NCBI GenBank assembly: GCA_950097015.1
Contig: CATNEN010000001.1
Span: 7,688,001 to 7,752,000 of the forward strand
Direction of reading: 5' to 3'
DNA from: Macrostomum hystrix
Taxonomy: Eukaryota > Animalia > Platyhelminthes
Length of the DNA stretch: 64,000 nucleotides
The notes under the pieces were generated by a model that was not told the DNA's origin, searched no databases, and worked only from the letters and a program-made list of their open reading frames with translations. A program made the position numbers and the translations under genes. Positions 63,540 to 64,000 of the stretch are shown one piece after another (the stretch's first letter is position 1; each line of letters begins with the position of its first letter).

Positions 63540-63948
63540 AGGGAATTTCGAGAGTGCGTGAACTTCGTCGACGACTGGGATTTTAGACAGCGCTTTAGAA
63601 TGTTGCCACCTACGTTCGAGCAGATGCTCGAATTCGCCCAACCTTGGAGTATGGTAGCGTTCGAAGTGGTCAATTGAGTGCCAGGGAGCAAGCGTTGATC
63701 TCGAATTGCATTTCTACGCCTGTAATGGCTGCTACCACGTACTTCGAGACGCGCACGGGCCTTCCGAGTCGTCTGTCACAAGCGTTGTGCGCCGCCTAAG
63801 GACTGCCATTAACTCTGAGCTTTTTCACCATACCGTTGCTTGGCCGGACATCAACAACGTTGTGCAGAAGTTCTTTAACATCGCAGGAATGCCTTCTGTC
63901 TGTGGACTCATCGATGGGACCGGCGTGGACATGGTTGTGCACTTTTAA
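63540..63948 (+). mobile_element. PIF/Harbinger transposase fragment (HARBI1-like)
   Basis: FRQRFRM..FEQML, LHFYA, SESSVTSVV and AGMPSVCGLIDGT (first catalytic Asp). Disrupted. Confidence 0.78.
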
Positions 63949-64000
63949 AATCTTTTCAGTTTTGACTTCTAAGCTAGCGAGACTAGAGCCTTACATACTA

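Overview
This is eukaryotic (metazoan) genomic DNA, not prokaryotic. It has GC-rich exons, AT-rich GT-AG introns and large minisatellite arrays filling many introns. A near-perfect match to the Macrostomum spliced-leader (SL) exon, as I recall that sequence, points to a Macrostomum-type flatworm. Ten protein-coding genes can be reconstructed by hand. On the + strand are WIP/verprolin, centlein, a disordered protein with PKA and calcineurin motifs, and an intronless SLC15/POT-like transporter. On the - strand are a tightly packed run GBA2 > FAAH-like pseudo-amidase > LSM11 > ADPRH, a secreted PAN + ALK/LTK-type glycine-rich protein with a dead Tc1/IS630 element in its last intron, and MGAT2. 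Mobile DNA includes two tRNA-derived SINE families, a hAT MITE, a Foldback/MULE-like MITE, a CMC/EnSpm-like element, and mariner and Harbinger remnants. The strongest leads are: (1) a candidate SL trans-spliced operon whose genes begin at AG acceptors in frame with the SL-terminal AUG, with LSM11 having no usable start codon of its own; (2) an SL exon copy lodged in a centlein intron; (3) a FAAH homolog that has lost its catalytic triad region; (4) an RFX X-box overlapping the centlein start codon; (5) intronic minisatellites made of decoy splice sites or sharing motifs. Exon coordinates were read by eye and no database search was run.
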